Assembly (NCBI GenBank): GCA_035466775.1
Contig: DATIUQ010000154.1
Location: forward strand, 1,092 to 65,091
Source of the DNA: Arthrobacter sp.
GTDB lineage: Bacteria; Actinomycetota; Actinomycetes; Actinomycetales; Micrococcaceae
DNA: 64,000 bases
Direction of reading: 5' to 3'
Shown: piece after piece, positions 36,613 to 46,535 of the stretch
Layout of the letters: each line of letters begins with the position of its first letter
Position numbering within the stretch: position 1 is the first letter of the stretch
Notes under the pieces: model-generated
Databases searched by the model: none
Told to the model about the DNA's origin: nothing
Seen by the model: the letters and a program-made list of their open reading frames with translations, nothing else
Program-made: the position numbers and the translations under genes

Positions 36613-37805
36613 GCGTTCTCCTCGTGGGCTTCCGCAGCGGCGCGGGTCTGGGCCCTTCCGTTCCGGATGATGTTGGCGACCATGGTGGCGCGTTCGCGCA
36701 CGGAGTCGACGTCGGCCACGGAACCGCCGACGAGGTTGACGTGGCCGATCTTGCGGCCCGGCCGGACGGCCTTGCCGTAGCAATGGACCTTCGCCGCGGG
36801 TTCGCTGGCCAGGGCCGCGGGGTAGGCGGAGAACAGATTCTGGTTCTCGCCGCCCAGGAAGTTCTTCATCACCACGACGGGGCCGAGCAGGTCGGTGGCG
36901 CCGAGCGGCAGATTGAGGATTGCCCGGAGGTGCTGTTCGAACTGGCTCGTCACCGAGCCGTCCTGGGTCCAGTGGCCGGTGTTGTGCGGGCGCATGGCGA
37001 GTTCGTTGATCAGGAAGCCGGCTCCCACACCGGGCGTCTCGAAGAGCTCCACCGCCATAACACCGGTGACGCCGAGTTCGCTGGCGATCCGGAGGGCGGC
37101 GTTCTCCGCGGCGGCGGCGACCTCCAGCGGGATGTCCAGGGCCGGGGCGATGACTTCATCGCAGACGCCGTCGACCTGGATCGTGTGCACCACGGGCCAG
37201 GCCCGCGCCTCACCGTCGGGGGTGCGGGCCACCAGGGCCGAGAGTTCGCGGCTGAATTCCACCTTCGCCTCCGCGAGCAGCGGTGACATGGCCTCAAACC
37301 AGTCGGCGGTGTCCGCCGCATCTGCCGCGGAGTCCACGATCCGCACGCCCTTGCCGTCGTAGCCGCCGCGCGGGGTTTTCAGGACGACCGGCCAGCCGGT
37401 TTCGTCGCCGAACGCGATCAGCGCGGCGACGTCGGCGACGGAGGCCCACCGGGGGTTGGGCAGCTCCAGCCGGTCGATGGCGGCCCGCATCACGAGCTTG
37501 TCCTGGGCGTTGACCAGGGCATCCGGTCCGGGGTGCACGTTGACGCCGGCGCGCTGCAGGGAACGCAGGTGCTCCGTGGGGACGTGCTCATGGTCGAAGG
37601 TCAGGACGTCCAGGCCCCGGGAGAACTCCAGGAGATGGTCCAGATCGGTGTAGTCACCGACCGGGGCGTTGGCCACGGCCGAGACGGCCGAGACGTCCTC
37701 GCCTTCGGCAAGGACGCGGAGCTCGAAGCCCAGGGCTGTGGCCGCCGGGGCCATCATTCGGGCGAGCTGGCCGCCGCCAACCACACCGATCACAGGAAAA
37801 GTCAC
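36609..37805 (-). CDS. purK: N5-CAIR synthetase
   Basis: [27 protein letters not shown] and RPGRKIGH; TAGGCT-N7-GTG 37805. Confidence 0.95.
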   Translation of the reverse strand: MTFPVIGVVGGGQLARMMAPAATALGFELRVLAEGEDVSAVSAVANAPVGDYTDLDHLLEFSRGLDVLTFDHEHVPTEHLRSLQRAGVNVHPGPDALVNAQDKLVMRAAIDRLELPNPRWASVADVAALIAFGDETGWPVVLKTPRGGYDGKGVRIVDSAADAADTADWFEAMSPLLAEAKVEFSRELSALVARTPDGEARAWPVVHTIQVDGVCDEVIAPALDIPLEVAAAAENAALRIASELGVTGVMAVELFETPGVGAGFLINELAMRPHNTGHWTQDGSVTSQFEQHLRAILNLPLGATDLLGPVVVMKNFLGGENQNLFSAYPAALASEPAAKVHCYGKAVRPGRKIGHVNLVGGSVADVDSVRERATMVANIIRNGRAQTRAAAEAHEENA

Positions 37806-37977
37806 AAGTCCCAGCCTACCGAAAGCCTCGCCATATCCCGGCTTTTTGAATTTCCCGTGCGGGTGCCGCCGGGGATTTGGCCGCATTCAGGCAGAGGACG
37901 GGCCGGGCTCCCGGCTTTCGGCGCTAAAATGGGCCGTTGGGCCAATGGCCGACAGTTCAAGACGGCCACGGAGGGTC

Positions 37978-38541
37978 ATGATTACTACACTTACGGAGCG
38001 CTTGCGCGGGCTCGCCTCGCTCTTCTGGCGCGAAGTGGCCAAGTTCGGTGCGGTGGGCGGTGTTGCGTTCATCATTGACAACGGACTCACGTATTACCTG
38101 ATGCACGGCCCCATGACGGACAGCGAGGCCAAGGCCCGCTTCGTCGGCGCCAGCATCGCGACCGTCTTCTCCTGGATCGCGAACCGCTTCTGGACCTTCC
38201 GGCACCGCCGCCAGGACAATGTGGTCCGCGAATTCCTCATGTTCATCCTGATCAACGGCATCGGCATCGCCATCTCCACCGGTTTCACCGCCCTGGCCAA
38301 GTACGGCTTCGGCATCACGGACAAAAACACGCTGTTCGCCGCCGGCGTCGTTGGCATCCTGGTGGCTACCGTGGTGCGCTTCTTCGCGTACCGGTTCCTG
38401 GTCTTCAACAAGGAACTCGACGAAGAGCCGGAGTTCTCCCACGACCACGAGATCATCGAACGGCACCCCCACACCAAGCCGGAGGCCCGCGTCGAGGGTG
38501 TGGCCGTCAAGGACCCGGAGTTGCCCGGCCCGCAGGTCTAG
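37978..38541 (+). CDS. GtrA family lipid-linked sugar flippase
   Basis: KFGAVGG..D, NRFWTFR and four TM helices; start ATG 37978. Confidence 0.85.
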   Translation: MITTLTERLRGLASLFWREVAKFGAVGGVAFIIDNGLTYYLMHGPMTDSEAKARFVGASIATVFSWIANRFWTFRHRRQDNVVREFLMFILINGIGIAISTGFTALAKYGFGITDKNTLFAAGVVGILVATVVRFFAYRFLVFNKELDEEPEFSHDHEIIERHPHTKPEARVEGVAVKDPELPGPQV

Positions 38542-38598
38542 GCGGAGCGCGGGCAGTGCAGGCGCTACTGGCGCCGCAGGCCGCTCAGCGCGGACTGC

Positions 38599-39303
38599 TC
38601 AGCTGCCGTTGACGCGCTCGTCCGCGAGCAGCTTTTCCGTCACCACGACGTCGGGGTGCACCAGCACCACCGAGCCGTCGCCGCGCCAGGCGCCCAGGGA
38701 CTGGGCCAGCGCGGACTCCAGGCCGTCGCCGGCGGGCACCAGCAGCCGCACGCCGCCGTCGTGCGCGGCCGCGAAGCCGTCCAGCAGGTCACCGTGGGTG
38801 TGGGCCGTCCCGGTGGCGGCCAGCACTGCACGGCGCGTCGCTTCCGGATCCACGTGCGCCATAAAAACGTCCCCGTGGGAACGCACCTCGGCGGCATAAT
38901 CCACGACGCCGGTGGGCAGCTCGCCGGGCCACCGCATGGCCAGCGCCGGCAGCGCCACTGCCACGACGGCGTCGAACGCCCCCTGCGCCGCACCGGAGGC
39001 CGGGTCGGCGGTCGCCAGCAGCTCGGCCTCGGCATCGCCGAAGACGACCTCCATGCCGAGCTGCCAGGCGGCCAGGGCCAGGATCACGGACTTCCAGTGG
39101 GCCGGCAGGTCCAGCCGCAGCCGCGTGCCGGGTTCGGCGTCGAGCTCGTCCTGCAGGAGGTTGCTCGTCTTCGCCACCCAGTTATCCAGCACCCGGCCGG
39201 ACAGCTCGACGCGCTCGGCGTCGGGGCCGTACCAGGTGAGCCGGGGTGAGGTGGACTGGCCGGAACGCAGGGCTGTCATCAGTTCGATTGCCGGGATGCT
39301 CAT
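38599..39303 (-). CDS. TIGR03089-like acyl-CoA-synthetase-related protein
   Basis: ERVELSG..LDNWVAKTSNLL and LPAHWKS..LAAW; usual neighbour of LCP and whiB. Confidence 0.75.
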   Translation of the reverse strand: MSIPAIELMTALRSGQSTSPRLTWYGPDAERVELSGRVLDNWVAKTSNLLQDELDAEPGTRLRLDLPAHWKSVILALAAWQLGMEVVFGDAEAELLATADPASGAAQGAFDAVVAVALPALAMRWPGELPTGVVDYAAEVRSHGDVFMAHVDPEATRRAVLAATGTAHTHGDLLDGFAAAHDGGVRLLVPAGDGLESALAQSLGAWRGDGSVVLVHPDVVVTEKLLADERVNGS

Positions 39304-39331
39304 GGCTTCATCTTGCCACGGCGGAAGCCGC

Positions 39332-39347
39332 TGTGATCTCCGTCACG
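39332..39347. promoter_or_regulatory. CRP/GlxR-like operator
   Basis: TGTGAtctccgTCACG in the divergent TIGR03089/whiB intergenic region. Confidence 0.5.
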
Positions 39348-39652
39348 CGCGGCGGGAGGCCGCAGGCCGGCGCATCTGGGCCGCCCTGGGAAGTTTCCCG
39401 GAAATTCAACAAAATCCCGCCAAAGTGCTCAGCACCCTGATTATTCCGCGGGTTCTCAGGGACTGGCCTCAAAAAACGCGGGCGTGGCGTGCCCCGGATT
39501 TAGATCTCAAGTTGATTATTATCTCCGCCGTGGCTTGACTCCCGGATACTTACACGCGTGTAATTAGGTATCGAAAGCCAATGCGCAGAACCGGCACACA
39601 ACCGAGTGTCCAAGGGTCAGTCATGGGCTGCAAAATCAGAGAGGGAACGCCA

Positions 39653-40195
39653 ATGGGGCTAGCAGAGCGTATCCATGAAGAGGCCGTCGTTGCTGGACAG
39701 GCCACGGCCAAATACCGTTCACGCGGGGTGCCGAGTGACTGGTATGTAGATCCGGCCGATCCGGACGCCGCAGACCGGTACAACGAACACACCAACGACT
39801 CGCTTCAGGACCAGGCAACGGCCTTCCTCGCAGCGCACGACGAACTTGTGGCCGGTCCGGACCAGGACAACGATCTGCACGATCCGCCGATGGAGCTTCA
39901 GACCCTTCATTCAGGCACCACCGCGCAGCCGGTATGGATCGGACTGCCCTTCCAGCAGGACTTCGACGATGAAGGCGAACTGGGCTGGCAGACGGACGCG
40001 CTGTGCGCACAGACCGACCCGGAGGCGTTCTTCCCCGAGAAGGGCGGTTCCACCCGCGACGCCAAGAAGGTCTGCGGCGCGTGCAACGTCCGCTCGCAGT
40101 GCCTCGAATACGCCCTCTCCAACGACGAGCGTTTCGGAATCTGGGGTGGCCTCTCCGAGCGCGAGCGGCGCCGGCTTAGGAAGCGAGCGATCTAA
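39653..40195 (+). CDS. whiB: WhiB family Fe-S transcriptional regulator (WhiB2-like context) with long acidic N-terminus
   Basis: C-x14..C-x2-C-x5-C and GIWGGLSERERR; start approximate (ATG 39653). Confidence 0.9.
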   Translation: MGLAERIHEEAVVAGQATAKYRSRGVPSDWYVDPADPDAADRYNEHTNDSLQDQATAFLAAHDELVAGPDQDNDLHDPPMELQTLHSGTTAQPVWIGLPFQQDFDDEGELGWQTDALCAQTDPEAFFPEKGGSTRDAKKVCGACNVRSQCLEYALSNDERFGIWGGLSERERRRLRKRAI

Positions 40196-43100
40196 TTCTT
40201 CAGGAAGTACGAGTCACCGCCGTCGTGGTTTCCCACGACGGCGGCGACTTTCTCCCCAGGACCCTCGCGGCGCTGGCGGCCCAGACCCGGCCCGCGGACA
40301 CCTGCATCGGGGTAGATACCGGTTCCCGCGACCATTCCGCGGCCCTCCTCGAACAGGCCTTCGGCAAAGCCAACGTCACCGTCTTCAACCAGCCCCGCAG
40401 CGGCATGGGCGCCGCGGTGCAGGCCGGCCTCAGCGCTCTGGCCCCCGGAGGTGACGGCGGCGCGTCCGGCAGGCGGACCGGCGCCGGTACTGGTGCCGGT
40501 TCGGCAACCGAATGGATCTGGCTGCTGCATGACGACGCGGCCCCCGCCCCCGAAGCCCTTGCCGAGCTTCTCCACGCCGTGGAACGCGCGCCGTCCGTCA
40601 CCGTGGCCGGCTGCAAGCAACTGGACTGGCACTCCGAGCGCCGGCTGATCGACGTCGGGCTCTCGACCAGCCGCTGGGCGGAACGGCTGACCCTCATCGA
40701 CGCCGACGAACTCGACCAGGGACAGTACGACGGCCGCAGTGACACCTTTGCCGTCAACTCCGCCGGCATGCTGGTCCGCCGCGACGTCTGGGAGGACCTT
40801 CGCGGTTTCGACCCCGCCCTGCCGGGCACCGGCGACGACGTCGACTTCTGCTGGCGGAACCGACTGGCCGGACACCGGGTGGTGGTGGTCCCCAGCGCCC
40901 GGATGCTCCATGTCTCGCACCGTCCGAACGCCCTGGGCAACGCGGCGGCGGCCCGGAAGGCCCAAGTGCACTTGCGGCTCAAGCACGCAGCCGCCTGGAA
41001 GGTGCCGCTGCACGCGGCCGGCGCCCTGCTCGGGAGCCTCTTCAAGCTGGTCCTGAGCATTGCCGTTAAGGACCCGGGCCACGGCTTCTCGCAGCTCCTG
41101 GCCACGTTCGGCGCACTCGGCCGGCCCGCGGCCGTGGTCCGGGGCCGGCGCAACGCTGCCCGGACCCGCCGCATCCGGCGTTCCGTCATCAAAGGGCTGC
41201 AGACTCCGCGGCGGGAGGTCTGGGCCCACCGCCGCTCCCTGATGGAAGCCCTCGGAGCGGACGACTCCGGGGACGGCCTGGCCGGGAACGACCCGCTGGC
41301 CGAACAACCGACCGGCGATTCCGCCGACGACTTCGCCGCCCTCACCACCTCCGAACGGGGCTGGGTGGGCAACGGCGCGCTGCTCGCCGTCCTTGTCACC
41401 ACCGCGGCCTCCCTGGTCGGCCTGCTGAGTCTGTTCCGGGCCGAGGCAGTCTCCGGCGGTGCGGTGATTCCCGTTTCGCCGCGGCTGGGCGAGATCTGGA
41501 ACCACGCCTCCGGCTGGTGGATCACCCTCGGCGCAGGACTTCCGGGCCATGGCGATCCTTTCGGGTACGTGCTGTGGGTCCTCGGCGTCCTCGGCGCCGG
41601 CAACGCCAACAGCGCGCTCGGCTGGCTGCTGATGCTGGCCATGCCGCTCTCCGCCCTCGGTGCCTGGTTCGCCGCCGGCGCCCTGACCCAGCGCCGCCGC
41701 CTGCGCCTGGCCGCCGCCCTTGTCTGGGCAGGCGCTCCTGCCCTTCAGGTGGCACTTAACCAGGGCCGCGTCGGAGCCCTGCTCGTCCACGTCATGATGC
41801 CGCTGCTGGTGCTCGCCCTGCTGCGGGCCACCGGCTCCGCAGCCGGACGCGGCCGCTACGCCGTTCCGGCCCCCGGGGAGCGGCGCTTCACCGAATCGCC
41901 CCCGGCCAAGCCCGGAATCAACGGCACGCCGTCCTGGACCGCCGCCGCCGCAGCCGGCCTGGCGCTGGCCGTCGTCACCGCGGCAGCCCCCTCGCTGCTG
42001 CTGCCCGCCGTCGTCCTCGTGGCACTCTGCGGCACGCTCCTGGGCCGCCGCGGCCGCACCGTGTGGTGGGCGCTGCTGCCCAGCCTTGCGCTGTTCATGC
42101 CGTTCCTGGCCTCCACTCTTGACCGTCCCCGCGCCGTGCTCGCGGACCCGGGCATGCCGCTGGCCTTCGACGCCGCACCGCTCTGGCAGCAGGCCCTGGG
42201 CCAGCCGCTGCGCTTCGCCTCCGGGGGAGGCCTCGCCGGCCTCCCCGTGTTTGGCCCGGACTCCGCCGTGCCGTGGGCGCTCCTGCTGGCGCTGCTGATC
42301 GGCCTGCCCGCCCTGTTCCTGGCCGCCGCCGCACTGTTCCTCCCGGGCCGGCCGCCGCGGATTGCCCGCGCCCTCTGGGCCGCATCCCTCCTGCTGCTCG
42401 CCGGCGGTTGGGTCACCAGCCAGGTCGCCACCGGAGCCAGCGCCAACGTCATGGTTACTGCCTTCACCGGACCGGCTGTGTCGGCCGCAGCCTTCGCCAT
42501 CCTCGGGGCAGCACTGATCGGCGCGGCGGGCCTGCTGGACTCCGCCGACCGTGCCGCCGCCGCAACGACGGGCCGCAGGATCCTGCTCCGCACCACCGCC
42601 GTCACCGCCATGGTCCTCCTCCTGGCCGGACCGCTCGCGGGCCTCACAGTGTGGGCGGCGCAGAACGTCCTGGCGCCGGCCTCGCCGGCCGCCGAACCGT
42701 CCGCCGCGTCGCAGGGAGCCGACGGCGCCGGCCCGCTCGGCACCCGCAGACTCGTGCAGCCGGCCGAGTCCCGGACCCTCCCGGCCACGGCCATCGACCG
42801 CGGCGAGGGGCCGGAACAATCCCGCACGCTCCTCATCTCCACCGGCGAAAACGGAACGTTTGACGCCACGCTCATGCGCGGGGCCGGGACCACCCTCGAC
42901 GCCCTGTCCGCGATTGCCGCCGCCCGGCCGATCATGGGGGAGCCGGGGCAGGAGACGGTCCGTGACGACGACGCCGTCGCGGCCTCGCTCCGCAACGTCG
43001 TGGCCACCATCGTGGCCGGCCAGGGCGTCGATCCGCGGGAGGAGCTCGAACAGCTCGGCGTCGGCTTCGTGGTGCTGCGGGCCGCCGACACCGCGGCCCA

Positions 43101-43614
43101 GCTGACCGCGAGCCGGATGGACGCCGTCCCCGGGCTTGTCGCCGTCGGCAAGACCGACGTCGGCTGGCTCTGGCGCATCAGCCCCCTGAACCAGCCGGTG
43201 ATCCAGGCCGCCGACGTAGCGCACCGGGTGCGGATCGTCGACGGCGCGGGAGCCACCGTCGGGCTGGTCCCGTCCGGGACGGTGTCAGCCGACGCCGCGG
43301 TTCCCGCCGGGCCGGAGGGCAGGCTCGTGGTGCTGGCCGAACGCGCCGATCCCGGCTGGAGCGCCTGGCTCGACGGCCGCCGCCTCACGGCCACCACATC
43401 CGGCTGGTCGCAGGCCTTCACCCTGCCCGCACAGGGCGGGCAGCTCAGCCTCCGCTACGAAGCGCCCTGGGCCGTCTGGGCGGGCGTGGCCCAGGCCGTC
43501 ATCATCGGCCTGACCGCCCTCCTTGCCATTCCCATGCCTGCCCGCCGGCCGAACACCGGCCTCTCCAGGGACGAAGGCTCCCTGCGTAAGGAACACCACC
43601 ATGCCCAGGGATGA
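40195..43614 (+). CDS. Large GT2 glycosyltransferase fused to a polytopic membrane and extracytoplasmic region
   Basis: VTAVVVSHDG, LLHDDA and DDVDFCWR; many TM helices; start probably ATT 40195 (first canonical start is GTG 40225). Confidence 0.85.
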   Translation: MLQEVRVTAVVVSHDGGDFLPRTLAALAAQTRPADTCIGVDTGSRDHSAALLEQAFGKANVTVFNQPRSGMGAAVQAGLSALAPGGDGGASGRRTGAGTGAGSATEWIWLLHDDAAPAPEALAELLHAVERAPSVTVAGCKQLDWHSERRLIDVGLSTSRWAERLTLIDADELDQGQYDGRSDTFAVNSAGMLVRRDVWEDLRGFDPALPGTGDDVDFCWRNRLAGHRVVVVPSARMLHVSHRPNALGNAAAARKAQVHLRLKHAAAWKVPLHAAGALLGSLFKLVLSIAVKDPGHGFSQLLATFGALGRPAAVVRGRRNAARTRRIRRSVIKGLQTPRREVWAHRRSLMEALGADDSGDGLAGNDPLAEQPTGDSADDFAALTTSERGWVGNGALLAVLVTTAASLVGLLSLFRAEAVSGGAVIPVSPRLGEIWNHASGWWITLGAGLPGHGDPFGYVLWVLGVLGAGNANSALGWLLMLAMPLSALGAWFAAGALTQRRRLRLAAALVWAGAPALQVALNQGRVGALLVHVMMPLLVLALLRATGSAAGRGRYAVPAPGERRFTESPPAKPGINGTPSWTAAAAAGLALAVVTAAAPSLLLPAVVLVALCGTLLGRRGRTVWWALLPSLALFMPFLASTLDRPRAVLADPGMPLAFDAAPLWQQALGQPLRFASGGGLAGLPVFGPDSAVPWALLLALLIGLPALFLAAAALFLPGRPPRIARALWAASLLLLAGGWVTSQVATGASANVMVTAFTGPAVSAAAFAILGAALIGAAGLLDSADRAAAATTGRRILLRTTAVTAMVLLLAGPLAGLTVWAAQNVLAPASPAAEPSAASQGADGAGPLGTRRLVQPAESRTLPATAIDRGEGPEQSRTLLISTGENGTFDATLMRGAGTTLDALSAIAAARPIMGEPGQETVRDDDAVAASLRNVVATIVAGQGVDPREELEQLGVGFVVLRAADTAAQLTASRMDAVPGLVAVGKTDVGWLWRISPLNQPVIQAADVAHRVRIVDGAGATVGLVPSGTVSADAAVPAGPEGRLVVLAERADPGWSAWLDGRRLTATTSGWSQAFTLPAQGGQLSLRYEAPWAVWAGVAQAVIIGLTALLAIPMPARRPNTGLSRDEGSLRKEHHHAQG

Positions 43615-45361
43615 CACCCCCGCGACCGACGCCCCAGAAACCCCGGAAACCCCCGACGACGCCGGGACGCCGGACACGGCCGGCAACACCGACGGCCCGA
43701 CGGCGGAGCGGTCCGGCGGGTCCAAGCGCCGGGCCGCCGCGCCGCTGCGGCAGCGCTGGAAGGCGCTGCCGCACGCCGGGCGGCTGGGCGGGGTCCTCTC
43801 CGCCGTCGCCCTCGTCGCCGCCGGAGGAGGACTCATCTCCGCCACGGCACTCTCGCCCCAAGGTCCCGGCAGCAGCCGCCCGGTCCAGGCCCCGCTGGCG
43901 GCAGTCCCCGCGGGCAGCAGCGTCGGCGTCTGCCCCGGACCGGCGCGGCTGCTCGAGGGTGCCCCCGTCGGCACCGATCCGCAGTTCAGCCCGGAGTCCG
44001 CGACCGCCAAGAGCGACGTGAATGCCGTGGTGCTCGGCTCCAGTGCCGGGGTCCTTCCCGGCAGCCGCCTCGCCTCGCTCACGGGCAGCACCCTGGTTGA
44101 ACTCGCCAAGGCCACCCCGGCGTCCGCAAGCCCCTCGGCACCCGCCACCAGGCCCGCGAACGGCACCCCCGTCCCGCTGGCCGGCGTGGTGTCCCAGCAG
44201 GGCGTCGACGGGGTGAGTGTCCTGAGCGCTGATTCACAGGCAGGCCGGCAGGCTTCCGCCGGAGCGGTCATGCGCTATGCCGCCGAGGACGGTGACCTCC
44301 GCGGTTCGGCGGCCGCGGCGTGCCAGCAGCCCGCCAACGATCTCTGGCTCGTCGGCGCGAACACCTCGCTCGGCCGGACGGCCGTGCTGAACCTCACCAA
44401 CACGTCCGGCAGCCCGGCCACGGTCAGCCTCGATCTCTTCGGAGCCAAGGACCAGATCCAGGCGCCGGGCAGCCGCGGACTCCTCGTGGCCCCGGGCACC
44501 ACCCGCTCCGTTATCCTGGCCGGGCTCGCGCCGGGACAGGAGCGGCTCAGCGTCCGGGTCCGCAGCGCCGGCGGACCGGTGGCCGCGGTTATCCAGCAGA
44601 GCGTGCTGCGGGGGCTCACACCCGGCGGAGTCGAGTACATCGCCCCGGCCACGGCACCGGCCCTCCGGCAGGTGATCTCCGGCGTCGACATCCAGGATCC
44701 GGCCGGGCTCGCGGACCTCACGGGCAAACCCGGCTACGGGGATGCCGGACCGGCCCTGCAGATCGCGGTGCCAGGGTCCGCCGACGCGGTGGTGGCGATC
44801 AAACTGTTCGGGCGGGACGGCCAAAAGGCTTTGCCCGGCGGCGGTGTGGTCACGGCCAAGGCCGGAGCCGTCACCGAGGTCCCGCTCTCCGGAGTGCCGG
44901 CCGGGTCCTACACGGTGGCGGTCAGTTCGGACGTCTCCTTCACCGCTGCCGCCCGCGTCACCAGGGGCCTGGATGCCGAGGAGGCCTCCGACTTCGCCTG
45001 GTCGCCGGCCTCGACGAGACTGGGCAGCCAACACGTCGTGCCGGTGCCCGCCGCGGGCGACCGCTACCTAGTCTTCGGCGCTCCCGAGGGCCGATCGACA
45101 ATTTCCTACACGCCGGTGACGGCGGACGGGAAGATCCGCGAGGCCGCGGCCGCCGACATCGCCGGCGGCACCACAGCCTCCATCAAGGTCCCCGCCGACG
45201 TCGGGGGCTCACCGGTCGTCGGGTACCTCGTGTCCGCCGCGGGAGATCCCGCCTTCGGTGCCGTCCTGCTGCAACAGGACGGCCGGCCGGACATCTCCAC
45301 TATCGCGATTGCGCCCGGAGCAGCGGGCCAGGAACAAGTCCCGGTCACCCTCGGCTACTGA
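43601..45361 (+). CDS. DUF5719-like secreted/membrane-anchored protein
   Basis: One TM helix, C-PGP, GDLRG.AAAACQQP..W.VGA..LNLTN; AAGGA SD; overlaps the GT2 stop. Confidence 0.7.
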   Translation: MPRDDTPATDAPETPETPDDAGTPDTAGNTDGPTAERSGGSKRRAAAPLRQRWKALPHAGRLGGVLSAVALVAAGGGLISATALSPQGPGSSRPVQAPLAAVPAGSSVGVCPGPARLLEGAPVGTDPQFSPESATAKSDVNAVVLGSSAGVLPGSRLASLTGSTLVELAKATPASASPSAPATRPANGTPVPLAGVVSQQGVDGVSVLSADSQAGRQASAGAVMRYAAEDGDLRGSAAAACQQPANDLWLVGANTSLGRTAVLNLTNTSGSPATVSLDLFGAKDQIQAPGSRGLLVAPGTTRSVILAGLAPGQERLSVRVRSAGGPVAAVIQQSVLRGLTPGGVEYIAPATAPALRQVISGVDIQDPAGLADLTGKPGYGDAGPALQIAVPGSADAVVAIKLFGRDGQKALPGGGVVTAKAGAVTEVPLSGVPAGSYTVAVSSDVSFTAAARVTRGLDAEEASDFAWSPASTRLGSQHVVPVPAAGDRYLVFGAPEGRSTISYTPVTADGKIREAAAADIAGGTTASIKVPADVGGSPVVGYLVSAAGDPAFGAVLLQQDGRPDISTIAIAPGAAGQEQVPVTLGY

Positions 45362-45420
45362 CCGTTCGACGCCGTCTGGCTCCAGCGCCGTCTGGCTCCA
45401 ACGCCGTTCCGGCGAGGCGC

Positions 45421-45957
45421 TTAATAGCGCCGGCGGTAGACCGGGTCCAGGGACTCGGGCGGCACGCCGAGCATCTCCGCCGTGTACTCCACGACGACGT
45501 CATGGACAAGGTCCTGGAGCTCCTCGCGGGTGCCGCAGGCCTGCTCCACCACCCGGCGGTAGAGGGTGATCACGGGGCCCTCCTCCGACGTCGCGGGGGA
45601 GTAGGCGCCCATCGGGGCGGGGGCGCGGTCCGCCACGAGCTGCTCGAGCCCGGGGGGAATCTCGTCGACGGCGAAGCGGACGCCGTCCAGCGGCTTGCCC
45701 CAAATGTCGTGCAGCCGCTCGGCCGAGTCCAGGACGAAGTCGTCGAAACGGTCCGAACGGGTGCGGTAGCCGGGCAGGGTTGGCAGCATGATCTCGCCGC
45801 GGAGCCCGCGGCCGTGCCGGTTCCTCCGCCGTTGCCGGAAGCCCCTCGGCGTCGCGGTGCGTCCGGTGCCGGATGGTGCGGAACCGGCGTCGTGGGGTCC
45901 GGCGTCGGTTTCAGCCAAGCGGACCGTAAACCCCGGATCGTGGTGCGATGACTGCAT
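45421..45957 (-). CDS. Zincin-like metallopeptidase family protein
   Basis: RRRNRHGRGLRG, ITLYRR and DVVVEYTAEMLG (HExxH degenerate); TAGAGT-N6-ATG. Confidence 0.75.
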   Translation of the reverse strand: MQSSHHDPGFTVRLAETDAGPHDAGSAPSGTGRTATPRGFRQRRRNRHGRGLRGEIMLPTLPGYRTRSDRFDDFVLDSAERLHDIWGKPLDGVRFAVDEIPPGLEQLVADRAPAPMGAYSPATSEEGPVITLYRRVVEQACGTREELQDLVHDVVVEYTAEMLGVPPESLDPVYRRRY

Positions 45958-46063
45958 ATATCGACTCTAAACCCGGCGAATGGTTTACGCGATACGGCCC
46001 GCCCGACCCGCCGTCAGCGCGTCGGACGGCGTCCGGCGGCCCGGGGGAGTAGTCTGTGATGTC

Positions 46064-46453
46064 GTGGGTGCAATTCGTCTTTGTTCAAGGTCAGCCTGCC
46101 GCAATTCGGCGGTGGCGACTTTGACGTACGTCTATGCCGATTCCACCGCGGTCCTGGGGCCCCTGGCAACCTACGCCGAACCGCACTGTTACGACTTGTG
46201 TGAACAGCACGCCGGATCGCTGACTGTGCCGCGCGGCTGGGAAGTCCTGAGGCTGGCGATGCCCGCCACCCCTGCCGGCCCCGGCCCCGACGACCTCCTG
46301 GCCCTCGCCAACGCGGTCCGGGAGGCGGCCTCCCGGCCCGCCGCGCCGGAATCCGGCCCCGGCCAGCGCGGTGTCCACGCGGCCCTTGAAGCCCCGGCCC
46401 CGGCCGAGGGCACCCGCCGGGGGCACCTGCGCGTCCTGCGCGAGCCTTCCTAG
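46064..46453 (+). CDS. DUF3499 family protein
   Basis: CSRSAC..AVATLTYVYADSTAVLGPL..EPHCYDLC..H..VPRGW. Confidence 0.85.
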   Translation: MGAIRLCSRSACRNSAVATLTYVYADSTAVLGPLATYAEPHCYDLCEQHAGSLTVPRGWEVLRLAMPATPAGPGPDDLLALANAVREAASRPAAPESGPGQRGVHAALEAPAPAEGTRRGHLRVLREPS

Positions 46454-46535
46454 GCGGCAACTGGCGGTAGGCTGGGTACTGAAAAATCCGTCAGCCGCCG
46501 GCGCCTGCTGCGGCGCCCACCAGGGAGCGTTCACC

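Noticed and set aside
45370-45405. 2 x 16-bp repeat CGCCGTCTGGCTCCA
   Set aside because: A simple local duplication in a short convergent gap with no further structure
45421-45957. Pseudogene call for the zincin-like gene because HExxH is missing
   Set aside because: The ORF is intact with a leaderless promoter, and degenerate motifs are common in this actinobacterial family
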